Positions 29,304 to 39,234 of a DNA stretch of 64,000 bases are shown here, one piece after another. The notes below the pieces were generated by a model, which was not told where the DNA came from, searched no databases, and saw only the letters and a program-made list of their open reading frames with translations. How positions within the stretch are numbered: position 1 is the stretch's first letter; each line of letters begins with the position of its first letter. Position numbers and translations under genes: made by a program. Source of the stretch: an uncultured Actinomycetes bacterium (GTDB taxonomy: Bacteria > Actinomycetota > Actinomycetes > S36-B12 > UBA10799). The stretch covers positions 191,833 through 255,832 of the forward strand of contig CAWGCB010000007.1 of assembly GCA_963821045.1 (NCBI GenBank), written 5' to 3'.

Positions 29304-31019
29304 TCAGCGTCGGCCTCGGCCCGCGTCTGCCCCGTCAATTTCATGGACCTCGCCGGGCTCGTGTGCAGCAGGAGGTACGGACGGGTCCTTCCTCGGTGGC
29401 GTGATCTTGGGCAGCATAGAAACCATCACCACTGCAGCGATGAGCACCATTCCAGCAGAAACAAACGCCGTCACATGGGAGGCGTTCAAGAACGACTCAA
29501 ATGCCGCCGCCGTGGCAGTCTCGACCACCGGAGCGGGAAGTCCGGCCTCGCCAGCTGCCGACAACACTGCCACTGCACCGCCGACGGATTCAGATGCGAG
29601 ATTCGTGGCTTCCGGCGGAATGGCAGCAGGCAACTGGTCGAGCGTGGGCTTGATCCCGGCAGCGAACCGAGTTGCCAGGATGGTTGAAATCACCGCAACC
29701 CCAAGCGCCCCGAATACCTGGCGCACGGTGTTCTGCACCGCGGATCCGGCTCCCGCCCTGGCAAGTGGCAGCACGTTTTGCATCACAGTCGACGCGGGTG
29801 CAATCACTGAGCCCATACCTAGTCCGAAGAGGAAGAAGACTGCCAGAATCAGCCAGATCGAGGTATCGAGTTCAAGTTGAGTTAGAGCCAGCAGAGCAAA
29901 GCTGACGAGGAACAGTCCCGTACCCATGACCGTCTTGTAGCCGAATCGCAGGACCAGCGTCGCCGAGCGCGGCGCGGCAATGAGTTGGCCGACGGCGAAC
30001 GGCAGGAAGCAGAGCCCCGCAGTCAAGGTCGAATAGCCACGCAGCACTTGCAGGTAGAACGGCAACGTGAACGTGATTCCTGACAACGCAAAGAACGTCA
30101 AACTGACAGCGCTCAGACTCACGGCGTATCCGCGATTCTTGAATAGCGATACGTCGAAGCTGCGGTGGTCGCTGCGCGCCTCGATAACCAAGAAGGCCGC
30201 GATGACAGAGATTCCCAGGAACATCGGGATCAGTACGGAGGCAGCCAGGAACGTCTTCGTCTCCGAGGCGTGGATGATGCCGTACACCAACAGGACTAGC
30301 CCAGTGAAGGACATGACCAGTCCCGGGATGTCCAGCTTTGCCGCTTTCGGGTTCTTCGTCTCGGGAACTACGCGCAGGATTCCGATGATTCCAACGATCA
30401 CAATGGGAACGTTGACCAGGAACACCGCACCCCAATCGTTGCCCGTCAGCCAACTACTCCACGCTGGGTTCTCCAAGAGCAGTCCACCCAGGACCGGGCC
30501 AAGTGCGACAGCAGCACCGACCGCGCCGGCCCACATGCCGATAGCTCTGCCTCGCTCATGCGGAGGAAACACCACCGTGATGATGGCCAGCGTGACGGGT
30601 AGGACCGCCGCTCCCCCGATACCCATGATCGCCCGAAATCCGATGAGCGCCTCGGCGGATGGGGCAAATGCACACGCGGCGGATGCAAGTCCAAAAATCG
30701 TCAACCCGGTGAGCAGGATCTTCTTTCGACCGTAGCGATCACCGAGCACTCCCCAAGTGAAGAGCAGTGCGGCGAAAACCAAAATGTATGAGTCGACTGC
30801 CCAGACGAGCTGACTCTGGGTCGCCTCAAGATCACGTTGGATGGTTGGCAGCGCAATGTTGAGAATCGTGTTGTCCAAGACGACAACGAGCAGACTTGTC
30901 ACCAGAACAGCCAGGATGGCCCAGCGCCGGGGGTGGCCTTCACCGCTCGTGGTCCAGGCGGCTTTGGACGCACGGTCAGCAGCTTGGGCTTTCGACTCAG
31001 ACATTGAGACCTCTCTCAT
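29304..31019 (-). CDS. MFS transporter, DHA2 (14-TMS) family
   Basis: 571-aa hydrophobic ORF with LDNTILNIALPTI and GDRYGRKKILL motifs. Confidence 0.8.
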   Translation of the reverse strand: MREVSMSESKAQAADRASKAAWTTSGEGHPRRWAILAVLVTSLLVVVLDNTILNIALPTIQRDLEATQSQLVWAVDSYILVFAALLFTWGVLGDRYGRKKILLTGLTIFGLASAACAFAPSAEALIGFRAIMGIGGAAVLPVTLAIITVVFPPHERGRAIGMWAGAVGAAVALGPVLGGLLLENPAWSSWLTGNDWGAVFLVNVPIVIVGIIGILRVVPETKNPKAAKLDIPGLVMSFTGLVLLVYGIIHASETKTFLAASVLIPMFLGISVIAAFLVIEARSDHRSFDVSLFKNRGYAVSLSAVSLTFFALSGITFTLPFYLQVLRGYSTLTAGLCFLPFAVGQLIAAPRSATLVLRFGYKTVMGTGLFLVSFALLALTQLELDTSIWLILAVFFLFGLGMGSVIAPASTVMQNVLPLARAGAGSAVQNTVRQVFGALGVAVISTILATRFAAGIKPTLDQLPAAIPPEATNLASESVGGAVAVLSAAGEAGLPAPVVETATAAAFESFLNASHVTAFVSAGMVLIAAVVMVSMLPKITPPRKDPSVPPAAHEPGEVHEIDGADAGRGRR

Positions 31020-31137
31020 TCCTGCGGAACGCTACTCCTGCCAGGTCACCGCCAGCGCGTCGGCTACTCCCACCAGAGCCGAAAGTCCCGAGTAGACGGG
31101 ACCGAACCTTGGGCAAAGCCGTCGCAACGAATCCACC

Positions 31138-31971
31138 TTGATAGTCCAACGTCCCGACCTACCTGAGAACCCTTCCAAAAATCTGCATAAGAGGCATAAC
31201 ATGCAAGGTATGCAGGCAGACCCGGTGACGATGCAGACAATGCAGAGCTTGCTGACTGCACGGCAGGTACAAGACTTGCTCGGGATCGATCGCTCCACGG
31301 TCTATCGCATGGCAGATGACGGCAGGCTCCCCGCAATCCGCGTAGGCAAGCAGTGGCGCTTCCCACGGGAACACATCTACTCGCTACTGGCAACGACCTC
31401 AGTGACACCCACGCCATCCTCTGATAGCTCTTTGACGGAGCACCACACGCGGCTTGTCCTTCCCACCGCGAGAGCGGCCGTGAGTGGACGCGTCAACCAG
31501 ATAGCGGCGCAGACGGCGGTGCACGTGGCCGCTGAACTGCTTGGAGTGACGATGGTCGTGACAGACATGGCAGGAGAACCAATCACCTCGGTTGTGAACC
31601 CATGCGAATGGTTCTCTGCCAACGCGGGGAACGCCGCTGCGATGGCGACCTGCGCTGCCGAGTGGCGCGAACTCGCTGACGAGCACACATTCAACACTGA
31701 GTTTCAGACGGCTGCGGCAGGTTTTCAATGCGCCCGATCCTTTGTGCGTTCCGGGCACGAACTGGTCGCCATGGTGGTCGCAGGCGGGATTAATCAACCT
31801 GGCGAGAACCGACAGGAGTTGCACAAGCTATCGCCGCAGGCCCGCTCGGAAGTTCTGCGCGCACTGCCACTGGTCGCGGCCGTGATCTCTCGGCAGTCTC
31901 AGCCACCCAATCCCCCATCTCCGTCCGCATCAATGTCCCGCTCACGTACACAAATGGAGGCATCACAATGA
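31138..31971 (+). CDS. transcriptional regulator: excisionase/MerR-type HTH plus PocR-like sensory domain
   Basis: The HTH_17-like segment is LLTARQVQDLLGIDRSTVYRMADDGRLPAIRVGKQWRFPREHI. The C-terminal region carries a PocR-like Cys pattern (NPCEWFSANAGNAAAMATCAAEW ... FQCARSF). Four in-frame ATGs at 31201..31240 are more likely starts. The stop overlaps the next gene (ATGA). Confidence 0.55.
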   Translation: MIVQRPDLPENPSKNLHKRHNMQGMQADPVTMQTMQSLLTARQVQDLLGIDRSTVYRMADDGRLPAIRVGKQWRFPREHIYSLLATTSVTPTPSSDSSLTEHHTRLVLPTARAAVSGRVNQIAAQTAVHVAAELLGVTMVVTDMAGEPITSVVNPCEWFSANAGNAAAMATCAAEWRELADEHTFNTEFQTAAAGFQCARSFVRSGHELVAMVVAGGINQPGENRQELHKLSPQARSEVLRALPLVAAVISRQSQPPNPPSPSASMSRSRTQMEASQ

Positions 31972-33221
31972 AACACCTAGTGGTTCTTGGAGCTGGCACA
32001 GCCGGCACTATGGCTGTCAACAAACTCCGACCCAAGCTCGACGAGCGCGAGTGGAAGATCACTATCGTTGAGCAAAACGACACGCACTACTACCAACCTG
32101 GATACCTGTTCCTGCCGTTCGGGACCTACACACCCGACCAGGTAGTTAAGCCCACCAAGCGCTTCATCCCCGAAGGTGTGGAACTCATCAACGGGGTCAT
32201 CGACAAAGTGGACCCAGAGGCGAACAAGGTGCTCCTTGAGGGTGGCGTGGAACTGCCCTACGACTACCTCATCATCGCCAGCGGCGCTACGCCACACCCC
32301 GACGAAACACCCGGCATGGAAGGCGACGAGTGGGGCAAGAGTGTCTTCACGTTCTACACCTACGAGGGTGCCAAAGCGTTGGGCGAGAAGCTTAAGACCT
32401 GGGAGGGCGGCAAACTCGTTGTGCAGATCTGCGAGATGCCAATCAAGTGTCCAGTCGCACCGCTTGAATTCACGTTTCTTGCTGACGCGTTCTTCCAAGA
32501 TAAGGAAATGCGTGACAAGGTCGAAATCACCTACGTCACGCCGCTAGAGGGAGCGTTCACAAAACCCGTGGCCTCTGCCCACCTCGGTGACATGCTCGAG
32601 ACGCGCAACATCAAGCTCGAACCAGACTTCATGATCGAGTCGGTTGACGATGCTGAGAAGAAGATCGTGAGCTACGACGAACGCGAGATCCCCTTTGACC
32701 TGTTAGTGACCGTGCCCGTCAACATGGGTGCGGACTTCGTCGAGCGCTCTGGCCTAGGCGATGACTTGAACTTCGTTCCGGTCGACCCGGGGACGCTGCT
32801 GTCCAAGGCTCACGACAATATCTTTGCCGTTGGGGACGCGTCCGATATCCCCGCATCAAAGGCCGGATCTGTCGCACACTTCTCGATGGATCTGTTCGAG
32901 CAGAACTTCCTCGAACATATCGAGGGACTTCCGATGACCCATCCCTTTGATGGTCACGCCAACTGCTTCGTCGAGTCCGGTCACGGCAAGGGACTACTCA
33001 TCGACTTCAACTACACGACCGAGCCTCTCACCGGGAAGTACCCGCTGCCAGGTATCGGACCGTTCTCCCTGTTGAAGGAAACAGAGATGAACCACTGGGG
33101 CAAGATGATGTTCCGCTGGATGTACTGGAACCTACTGCTGCCGGGCAAGGAACTACCTCTGCCAGCGCTGATGTCTATGGCTGGCAAGGATATGCCAGAG
33201 CAAGACAAGGCGGGTGTGTGA
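31968..33221 (+). CDS. SQR-like FAD-dependent pyridine nucleotide-disulfide oxidoreductase (type III SQR-like)
   Basis: 417-aa ORF with the N-terminal FAD fold VVLGAGTAGT, IIASGA, GDASDIP, and candidate redox Cys residues in IKCPVAPLEF and HANCFVESGHG. Confidence 0.65.
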   Translation: MKHLVVLGAGTAGTMAVNKLRPKLDEREWKITIVEQNDTHYYQPGYLFLPFGTYTPDQVVKPTKRFIPEGVELINGVIDKVDPEANKVLLEGGVELPYDYLIIASGATPHPDETPGMEGDEWGKSVFTFYTYEGAKALGEKLKTWEGGKLVVQICEMPIKCPVAPLEFTFLADAFFQDKEMRDKVEITYVTPLEGAFTKPVASAHLGDMLETRNIKLEPDFMIESVDDAEKKIVSYDEREIPFDLLVTVPVNMGADFVERSGLGDDLNFVPVDPGTLLSKAHDNIFAVGDASDIPASKAGSVAHFSMDLFEQNFLEHIEGLPMTHPFDGHANCFVESGHGKGLLIDFNYTTEPLTGKYPLPGIGPFSLLKETEMNHWGKMMFRWMYWNLLLPGKELPLPALMSMAGKDMPEQDKAGV

Positions 33222-33940
33222 TGAGTCTGGACCAGTCGGCGACAACCGAAGAGCTCGGCGCTCGGATCGATCATCTCAGTGCTCAAGTTGAGCTGATGGC
33301 TCGAGAACTGCAGCTCGCTCGGGAATCGCGCGAGAAGTGGTCGGAACTCGTGGAGACAATGCAACCCGTCGCCGCCGGAGCAATGGATCGAGCGACGCGT
33401 GAGTTGAGCGACCTGAGCGAAGACGTTTCCATTGATGACGCGACCGAGTTCATGCGCACGTTCGCCCGCAGCCTGCCCCAGCTAAATGCGCTCATGGCGC
33501 AACTAGACAGCCTCAGCGAGTTGGCGGCAATCCTCAGTTCGCTCAGCGGACCAGCGATGTCCAAGGCGACCGACATGTTGCAGGTGGCCGACGACAAGGG
33601 TTACTTCGCGTTCGCACGCCAGGGTGCTCAAATCGCCGATCGAGTGGTCAGCGAGTTCTCCGAAGACGATGTAGCTGCGCTCGGTGACAACATCGTCATC
33701 ATTCTCAACGCGGTTAAGGAGATGACCCAGCCAGAAGTCATGGCGATGGTGCAGCGCACCGCAGTCACCATGCAGGCCGGTGAGGACGAGCACACGGCTC
33801 CGCCATCGATCCTGGCCCTACTCAAGAGCATGCGCCAACCGCAAACTCGTCGTGGCCTCGCTCGAGTGTTGTCCATGCTGAACACGGTCGGCCAAGAACA
33901 ACCGCCCTTACCGATGTCCGGGCGCCCACCCACCCGATGA
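33218..33940 (+). CDS. DUF1641-like protein
   Basis: 240-aa helical ORF translationally coupled (ATGA) to the SQR-like gene. DUF1641 proteins characteristically follow this flavoprotein family. Confidence 0.5.
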   Translation: MMSLDQSATTEELGARIDHLSAQVELMARELQLARESREKWSELVETMQPVAAGAMDRATRELSDLSEDVSIDDATEFMRTFARSLPQLNALMAQLDSLSELAAILSSLSGPAMSKATDMLQVADDKGYFAFARQGAQIADRVVSEFSEDDVAALGDNIVIILNAVKEMTQPEVMAMVQRTAVTMQAGEDEHTAPPSILALLKSMRQPQTRRGLARVLSMLNTVGQEQPPLPMSGRPPTR

Positions 33941-33983
33941 CCACACAACAACTAGGACCACAACCAACAGGAGGGATCAACTG

Positions 33984-34298
33984 ATGACTACCGCAACGAT
34001 TGCCGGCTACGACGTCGATATCAATGACGAGGGTTTCTTGACCGAGTACGACCAGTGGAACGAAGAGATCGGCACCGAACTAGCGAAGAACATCGGGATC
34101 GACATGACCGATGACCACTGGGCACTCATCAAGTTCCTGCGCGAGGACTACAAGGAGAAGAACGAGACAGCAACGACTCGACGGGTCGACAAGGTTGGTG
34201 GCTTCCCCACCAAACAACAGTTTCAACTCTTCCCCAAAAAGCCCGGACGCAAGATGTCTTACGTCGCAGGACTGCCCAAACCACACGGCTGCGTATAG
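33984..34298 (+). CDS. tusE: TusE/DsrC-family sulfur relay protein (single C-terminal Cys)
   Basis: 104-aa ORF with the DsrC/TusE core (GFLTEYDQWNEEI, HWALIKFLREDY) and the C-terminus LPKPHGCV. There is no second Cys about 10 residues upstream. Confidence 0.8.
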   Translation: MTTATIAGYDVDINDEGFLTEYDQWNEEIGTELAKNIGIDMTDDHWALIKFLREDYKEKNETATTRRVDKVGGFPTKQQFQLFPKKPGRKMSYVAGLPKPHGCV

Positions 34299-34310
34299 AG
34301 AGGCACGACC

Positions 34311-34832
34311 ATGACTAACGTTCCGATTCCAGATTTTGGCGACGACGACGAGACCGACCGCAAGATCGTGTTCGTGTGTTCCAAGGGGAACCTCGATATG
34401 GCCTACCCCGGACTCGTGCTGGCTAACGCCGCACTTGGCGAGGGTATTGAGGTCCATATCTTCTTCACCTTCTGGGGATTCGACATGATCACCAAATCGA
34501 GGATGAACGACCTTCAGTTCTCTCCGGTTGGCAACACCGCGATGCACCTGCCGATTGGAAATGCTCGGGTTCCGCAGGCGCTCGCTCCCCTACCCGGAAT
34601 GCAGGCGATGGCCACGCGCAAGATGAAGCAACAACTCGAAGAGTTGGGCATTCCGGACGTGCCGGACTTCCTCGACCAGATCGTGGCGGCCGGTGGTCAT
34701 CTCTGGGCGTGCAGGATGTCCGCAGACATGAATGAACTGACCGAAGAGGACCTGCGCGATGACGTTGAGGGCATCATCAACGCGACCGACTTCATCGAGA
34801 TGACCGACGGCGCGCAAATGATGTTCATTTAG
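34311..34832 (+). CDS. DsrE/DsrF-like (DrsE_2 type) sulfurtransferase-family protein
   Basis: 173-aa ORF with KIVFVCSKGNLDMAYPGLVLANAA, FFTFWGFDMI and a conserved Cys in HLWACRMS. Confidence 0.7.
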   Translation: MTNVPIPDFGDDDETDRKIVFVCSKGNLDMAYPGLVLANAALGEGIEVHIFFTFWGFDMITKSRMNDLQFSPVGNTAMHLPIGNARVPQALAPLPGMQAMATRKMKQQLEELGIPDVPDFLDQIVAAGGHLWACRMSADMNELTEEDLRDDVEGIINATDFIEMTDGAQMMFI

Positions 34833-34860
34833 GACAAGAATCCAGCTTTTTCCCATAGTA

Positions 34861-34901
34861 GGGATCGGTCGGACGCGGCGAGAGCGTGTCGGGCCGATCC
34901 C
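34861..34901 (+). terminator. imperfect stem-loop downstream of the sulfur operon
   Basis: GGGATCGGTCGGAC-(13 nt)-GTCGGGCCGATCCC has an 8-bp perfect outer stem plus partial inner pairing. There is no U-tract, which is common in GC-rich actinobacteria. Confidence 0.35.
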
Positions 34902-35025
34902 TATTGAGGTGGGCCTCACGCCTAACCCCCGAATACCTCGGGCGATACTATTCATGTCGCCGAGTTCTGTTCGCTGTTGAACACGGACTCTGCACGGGGA
35001 CGGAAACTAGGTTGGGGGGAAGTCC

Positions 35026-36006
35026 GTGATCTTTGGCATGGACTGGTCGAGCGAGGCGTTGCGGCTTGGCCGCCGCGGGGTCGACGCGACCGTCGAGGCG
35101 ACGGTAGTCGGCAGCTTCACAAACGTTGGCTACAACGTGAGATCTCGACTTTTTGGTTGGGACGAACTACCCGACCTGACCGGGAGAACAATAGTCATCA
35201 CCGGTGCTACCTCTGGTCTCGGTGCCGCCGCTGCGTCCGAACTGAGCGAGTTCGGGGCCGACCTGGTCTTGGTGGGGCGCGATCGCGAGCGCACCGAGGC
35301 CGCAGCAAGAAATCTGCACCACGAGACGGGTGGAACGGCCACAGTCGTCGTTGCAGACATGTCGGACTTCGCCAGTGTCCGTCGGGCCAGCGCAGAACTC
35401 GTCGACCTGCCGCGCATCGACGCGCTGATCCACAATGCGGGAGCTCTACTCGACACCTACAGCAAGACGACTGACGGATTCGAGACCACCTTCGCCACCC
35501 ATGTACTAGGCCCTCACATCATGACTAGGACGTTGTTGCCAACTCTGCAGCGAACTGGCGATGCGCGGGTTATCACTGTCACCTCCGGTGGTATGTACGC
35601 CGAGAAGCTCGACCCCGAGACGGTCATGATGACGAGCAGTGACTACGACGGGGTGCGGGCGTACGCAAAGGCCAAGCGCGCACAAGTCGCACTCACCAGC
35701 GAGTGGGCAATGCGCGAACCGAGTGCGGCCGTCTTTCACTCGGTGCACCCTGGGTGGGCTGCCACCCCGGGTGTCGCGACCTCGCTGCCACGCTTCACCA
35801 AACTGATGGGACCACTACTGCGCGATCCATACCAAGGAGCGGACACGATGGTGTGGCTCGCCGCGGCGGATGAACCGTTACTCAGTTCGGGGCACCTGTG
35901 GCTCGACCGACGCCAGCGACGAAGGAACAAGCTCCCGTGGACCATCACCGGATTAGAGCAGTCGAACCGTCTCTGGGACCTAGTCGAAGGATTTACCCAA
36001 GACTAA
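35026..36006 (+). CDS. SDR-family oxidoreductase
   Basis: 326-aa ORF with the TGATSGLG cofactor motif and a YAKAK (YxxxK) catalytic motif. Confidence 0.75.
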   Translation: MIFGMDWSSEALRLGRRGVDATVEATVVGSFTNVGYNVRSRLFGWDELPDLTGRTIVITGATSGLGAAAASELSEFGADLVLVGRDRERTEAAARNLHHETGGTATVVVADMSDFASVRRASAELVDLPRIDALIHNAGALLDTYSKTTDGFETTFATHVLGPHIMTRTLLPTLQRTGDARVITVTSGGMYAEKLDPETVMMTSSDYDGVRAYAKAKRAQVALTSEWAMREPSAAVFHSVHPGWAATPGVATSLPRFTKLMGPLLRDPYQGADTMVWLAAADEPLLSSGHLWLDRRQRRRNKLPWTITGLEQSNRLWDLVEGFTQD

Positions 36007-36074
36007 CGCCGACGCGAGTTCTATCCTGACTGACAGCGGGTCACCTATCCGCTTCGCCACGAAGGAGCGTCAGG

Positions 36075-37310
36075 ATGCCTCTACCTGCCCACGGGATGGA
36101 TCGCGATGAGTTGTTCGCGAAGATGCGCGAACGCAAGCTCGCTGATGCCAAGTGGGACGAGGGCAAGACATTCAGCCTGATCTATCCGACAGGACGCCCA
36201 GATGTCGATGACGTCCTGATGCAGGCCAATCAGCTGTACCTATACGAGAACGCCTTGAACCCAATAAGGTTTCCGAGTCTGCAGCAGATGGAGTCCGACA
36301 TCGTAGAGATGACGGGGTCGCTGGTGAACCTGCCGTCGGCGGGGGGCGGCACAATGTCTAGTGGCGGCTCGGAGTCGATTCTGATGTCGGTACTGGTCAA
36401 TCGAGACCGCTCCCAACGTGATCGAGGAATCGCGGCTGCCGCAGGGAACATCGTCTACCCAACTTCCGCGCACGCTGCGTTCGCCAAATCGGCTCACTAC
36501 CTTGAGCTTGAGGCGCGACCTATCCCGATCGTGCCTGGGACCTACGTGGCCGACGTCGACGCGATGGCCGATGCCATCGATGACAACACCGTCCTCGTTG
36601 TCGGATCTGCCTACGGTTATCCACACGGTGTCATGGACCCCATCGAGGATCTATCAAACCTAGCGCTAGAACGTGGCATCGGATTCCACAGCGACAGCTG
36701 CGTGGGCTCGTTCGTGCTCCCATTCATGGAGGAACTCGGTTACGACGTTCCCCCGTACGACTTTCGCCTGCCTGGGGTCACGGAAATGTCGTGTGATGTG
36801 CACAAGTACGGATACACCACCAAGGGAGCCTCAGTCATTCTGCACCGGGAGTCGGAGTGGATTGGCCTGCAGTACTTCCTCTACAACTCGTGGCCCTCGG
36901 GTATCTATGGGACTCCAACTGTTGCCGGTGCCCGCCCGGCGGCCCCAATCGCGGCAGCCTGGTCCGTCATGAACTACCTGGGCGTGGACGGCTACCTCGA
37001 CATCATGCGGACGCTACTAGCCACGACCAAGAAAATCCGAAACGGAATAGAAGCGATTCCAGAGTTGTCCATCATGGGCGACCCCATCGGGCCACTACTG
37101 ACCTTCACATCTGACCTGGTCGATATCTACGCGGTGTGCGACCTCATGGATGACCGAGACTGGAATCTGGATCGAAACACCGACCCCAACGGACTACACA
37201 TGATGATCTCGCCGATTCACGAGCGCTATGCCGATCAGTTCCTCGCCGACTTGCGCTACGCGGTACTGAATGCGACCGAATCACGCGGCGTCGAGGCCCG
37301 TTACAACTAA
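36075..37310 (+). CDS. PLP-dependent decarboxylase/lyase (group II decarboxylase, sphingosine-phosphate-lyase-like)
   Basis: 411-aa ORF with GGSESILM and the PLP-lysine context SCDVHKYGYTTKG. Confidence 0.65.
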   Translation: MPLPAHGMDRDELFAKMRERKLADAKWDEGKTFSLIYPTGRPDVDDVLMQANQLYLYENALNPIRFPSLQQMESDIVEMTGSLVNLPSAGGGTMSSGGSESILMSVLVNRDRSQRDRGIAAAAGNIVYPTSAHAAFAKSAHYLELEARPIPIVPGTYVADVDAMADAIDDNTVLVVGSAYGYPHGVMDPIEDLSNLALERGIGFHSDSCVGSFVLPFMEELGYDVPPYDFRLPGVTEMSCDVHKYGYTTKGASVILHRESEWIGLQYFLYNSWPSGIYGTPTVAGARPAAPIAAAWSVMNYLGVDGYLDIMRTLLATTKKIRNGIEAIPELSIMGDPIGPLLTFTSDLVDIYAVCDLMDDRDWNLDRNTDPNGLHMMISPIHERYADQFLADLRYAVLNATESRGVEARYN

Positions 37311-37362
37311 GCATTGCTCCACGAACAACTAGGCATTAATCCACGACCGGGAACTGCGAGAG

Positions 37363-38281
37363 TTACAGCAGGGAGGCGCTCTCAGCGCCGCCGCCGGGCC
37401 TGCCCGAGGTGGCCTCCTCAAAAGCCTCAGCGATCGCCTTCGATCGAGACAACCAAACAATCCCAACGAAGATTGCGATACTCGAGACGATCATGATCAA
37501 AACGTTGAAGACGCCGCCTTGCAGGGTCTGACCGAAGAGGTACACCCCCAACACGGTCGCCACGATCGGATTGAGTGCCATCACAGCAGGAAACGACGCT
37601 GTAATAGGTCCTGCCCGAAACGCCAATAGTGGGAACAGCACGCCCAGCAGCGCTGCGATCAGCGTCACCCACAGCAACCATCCACCAAACAGGGCGCCTA
37701 GTCCCAGACTCGCCACGGCGATGGTTCCGGTCGTAAGGGGTGCTACGAGTCCGTTCATGAGACCCCCAGAGACCCCGAGTAGAGCGGCGCGGGGACCACC
37801 AACGAATCGGAACCCGATCCCGATCGCCAAAGCGCAGAGCACCGCTATCCCGCCAATCGCCACGATCCACTTGGAGTCCGGCGCGCTAGTGACACCTTCT
37901 TCCGGTTGTGCGGCAAACACAAAGGCCGCAATCCCTAGCGTAACGATCACTGCTCCTAGCCAGTCTCGCGGCGAAATCTCGGTCTTTGACACGAGCTTGG
38001 CGAACGGGAGAACGAACACCAAATTGAGTCACGAAGATGACCTGGATGACCGCGAGTTCGCCTAGGCCCAGCGATACGACGTGAAACGCGTAGCCGATAA
38101 CCATCAGCAAGAACCCGAGCAGGAACAGCGGCTTCTTCAGCGTGCGTAGTACTGCCGATGCCTCGGACTTGCCGTCTTTGTCGACTGAGTTTGTCGCCTT
38201 GTGCTGGATGACGTTGCTCAACGCTTCAATCGCGGCGGCGATGATCACCATCACGATTCCCAGCAGCGCGGCAGTCGACAT
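37363..38281 (-). pseudogene. DMT-superfamily transporter, frameshifted at an A-run (38021..38023)
   Basis: The N-terminal frame reads ...HVVSLGLGELAVIQVIFVTQ and then goes out of frame. The next frame continues LVFVLPFAKLVSKTEISPRDWLGAVIVTLGIAAF... for 219 aa of TM helices. Removing one T from TTT on the coding strand restores VTQLVFVLPF. Confidence 0.65.
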
Positions 38282-38529
38282 AGGTGAAGTATTGACCCGC
38301 TCGCCGGAGTTTGGCCATCTGATGCACCCAGTTCACGCACTCGTTGGGCCGACAGGCTAATAGGGCCCCGTTTGTGGTGACACTAAGTCCGTCAAATACC
38401 GACGTGGGTGACGGCCACCACAATTTACCTGTTCCTTACCTACTGAAATGTCCGATTTGCGGCGTGAGTCATACCGCATTGGGCCTTAGGTCCTGTCAAT
38501 CTGTTGACTTTTCAATCAGTGTCGAAGAC

Positions 38530-39159
38530 ATGAATACAACGACGCAGGAACGAAAAGCACGAGCAACCTGGTCCCGTAAGGCCGCAATCGCAGTCTCACT
38601 ACCGGTGCTGAGCGCCACCGCCGTCATCACGCCAGCCATGCTGACGTCGAGTGCTGCGCAGGCCGCTCCAGTGGCTCAGAGCCAACCGACCAGCAGCGAA
38701 GTATCCCCCGCCACAACTCCCACCAATCGCGTCTCCCACTTCAGCGGAGGTGGAGTCACCGTCCGCGGCAAGAAGTGGATGCAGGGCAAAGGAGTCAACG
38801 TCTACCGCAGTCGCCAGTGCACCGAACTGGCCTCGCGTCTCTACGCCAAGAAAGGCTGGGGAACGCTCAACAACATCTACGGGATGAGCAGTAAGCGCTC
38901 GTACGGCAACCTGCGATTCCACCGCAACGGATCGGGCTACAAGCCAGTCCCAGGCGATGTTCTCGTTGAGCTCGGCGGGCCCTACCAGCACGTTGCAGTC
39001 GTGCACAAGGTCAAGAAGAAGAAGATCCTCACGATGGAGCAAAATGCGACTGCCAACGGTCGCCACACTTACCGGTGGAAGGGCAAGAAGGCATTCGGCG
39101 CCTACGGCCCCCGTCACGTCGGCGGCTTCATCCACAGCAAGAAGAACAAACTGTCCTAA
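38530..39159 (+). CDS. secreted CHAP-domain peptidoglycan hydrolase
   Basis: From ATG 38530 the ORF has a signal-like N-terminus (AAIAVSLPVLSATAVITPAMLTSSAAQA). CHAP catalytic Cys (QCTELASRLY) and His (YQHVAVVH) are present. Confidence 0.7.
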   Translation: MNTTTQERKARATWSRKAAIAVSLPVLSATAVITPAMLTSSAAQAAPVAQSQPTSSEVSPATTPTNRVSHFSGGGVTVRGKKWMQGKGVNVYRSRQCTELASRLYAKKGWGTLNNIYGMSSKRSYGNLRFHRNGSGYKPVPGDVLVELGGPYQHVAVVHKVKKKKILTMEQNATANGRHTYRWKGKKAFGAYGPRHVGGFIHSKKNKLS

Positions 39160-39188
39160 CGACTCTTGGCTCAACGAGCCATACTGCC

Positions 39189-39229
39189 GCAACGGCGTCT
39201 GTCTCCCAAGAGGGTCAGGCGCCGTTCGC
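39189..39229. terminator. possible bidirectional stem-loop between convergent genes
   Basis: GCAACGGCG ... CGCCGTTCGC arms have one bulge and flank a 22-nt loop. Confidence 0.25.
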
Positions 39230-39234
39230 GTGTA

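Noticed and set aside
38282-38529. Possible cyclic-di-AMP (ydaO-type) riboswitch in the 250-nt leader of the CHAP hydrolase gene, as seen upstream of actinobacterial cell-wall hydrolases.
   Set aside because: I could not find the conserved ACGGGG / GGGGA-CCC-type core segments or the pseudo-twofold helices by eye. A covariance-model scan would be needed before claiming it.
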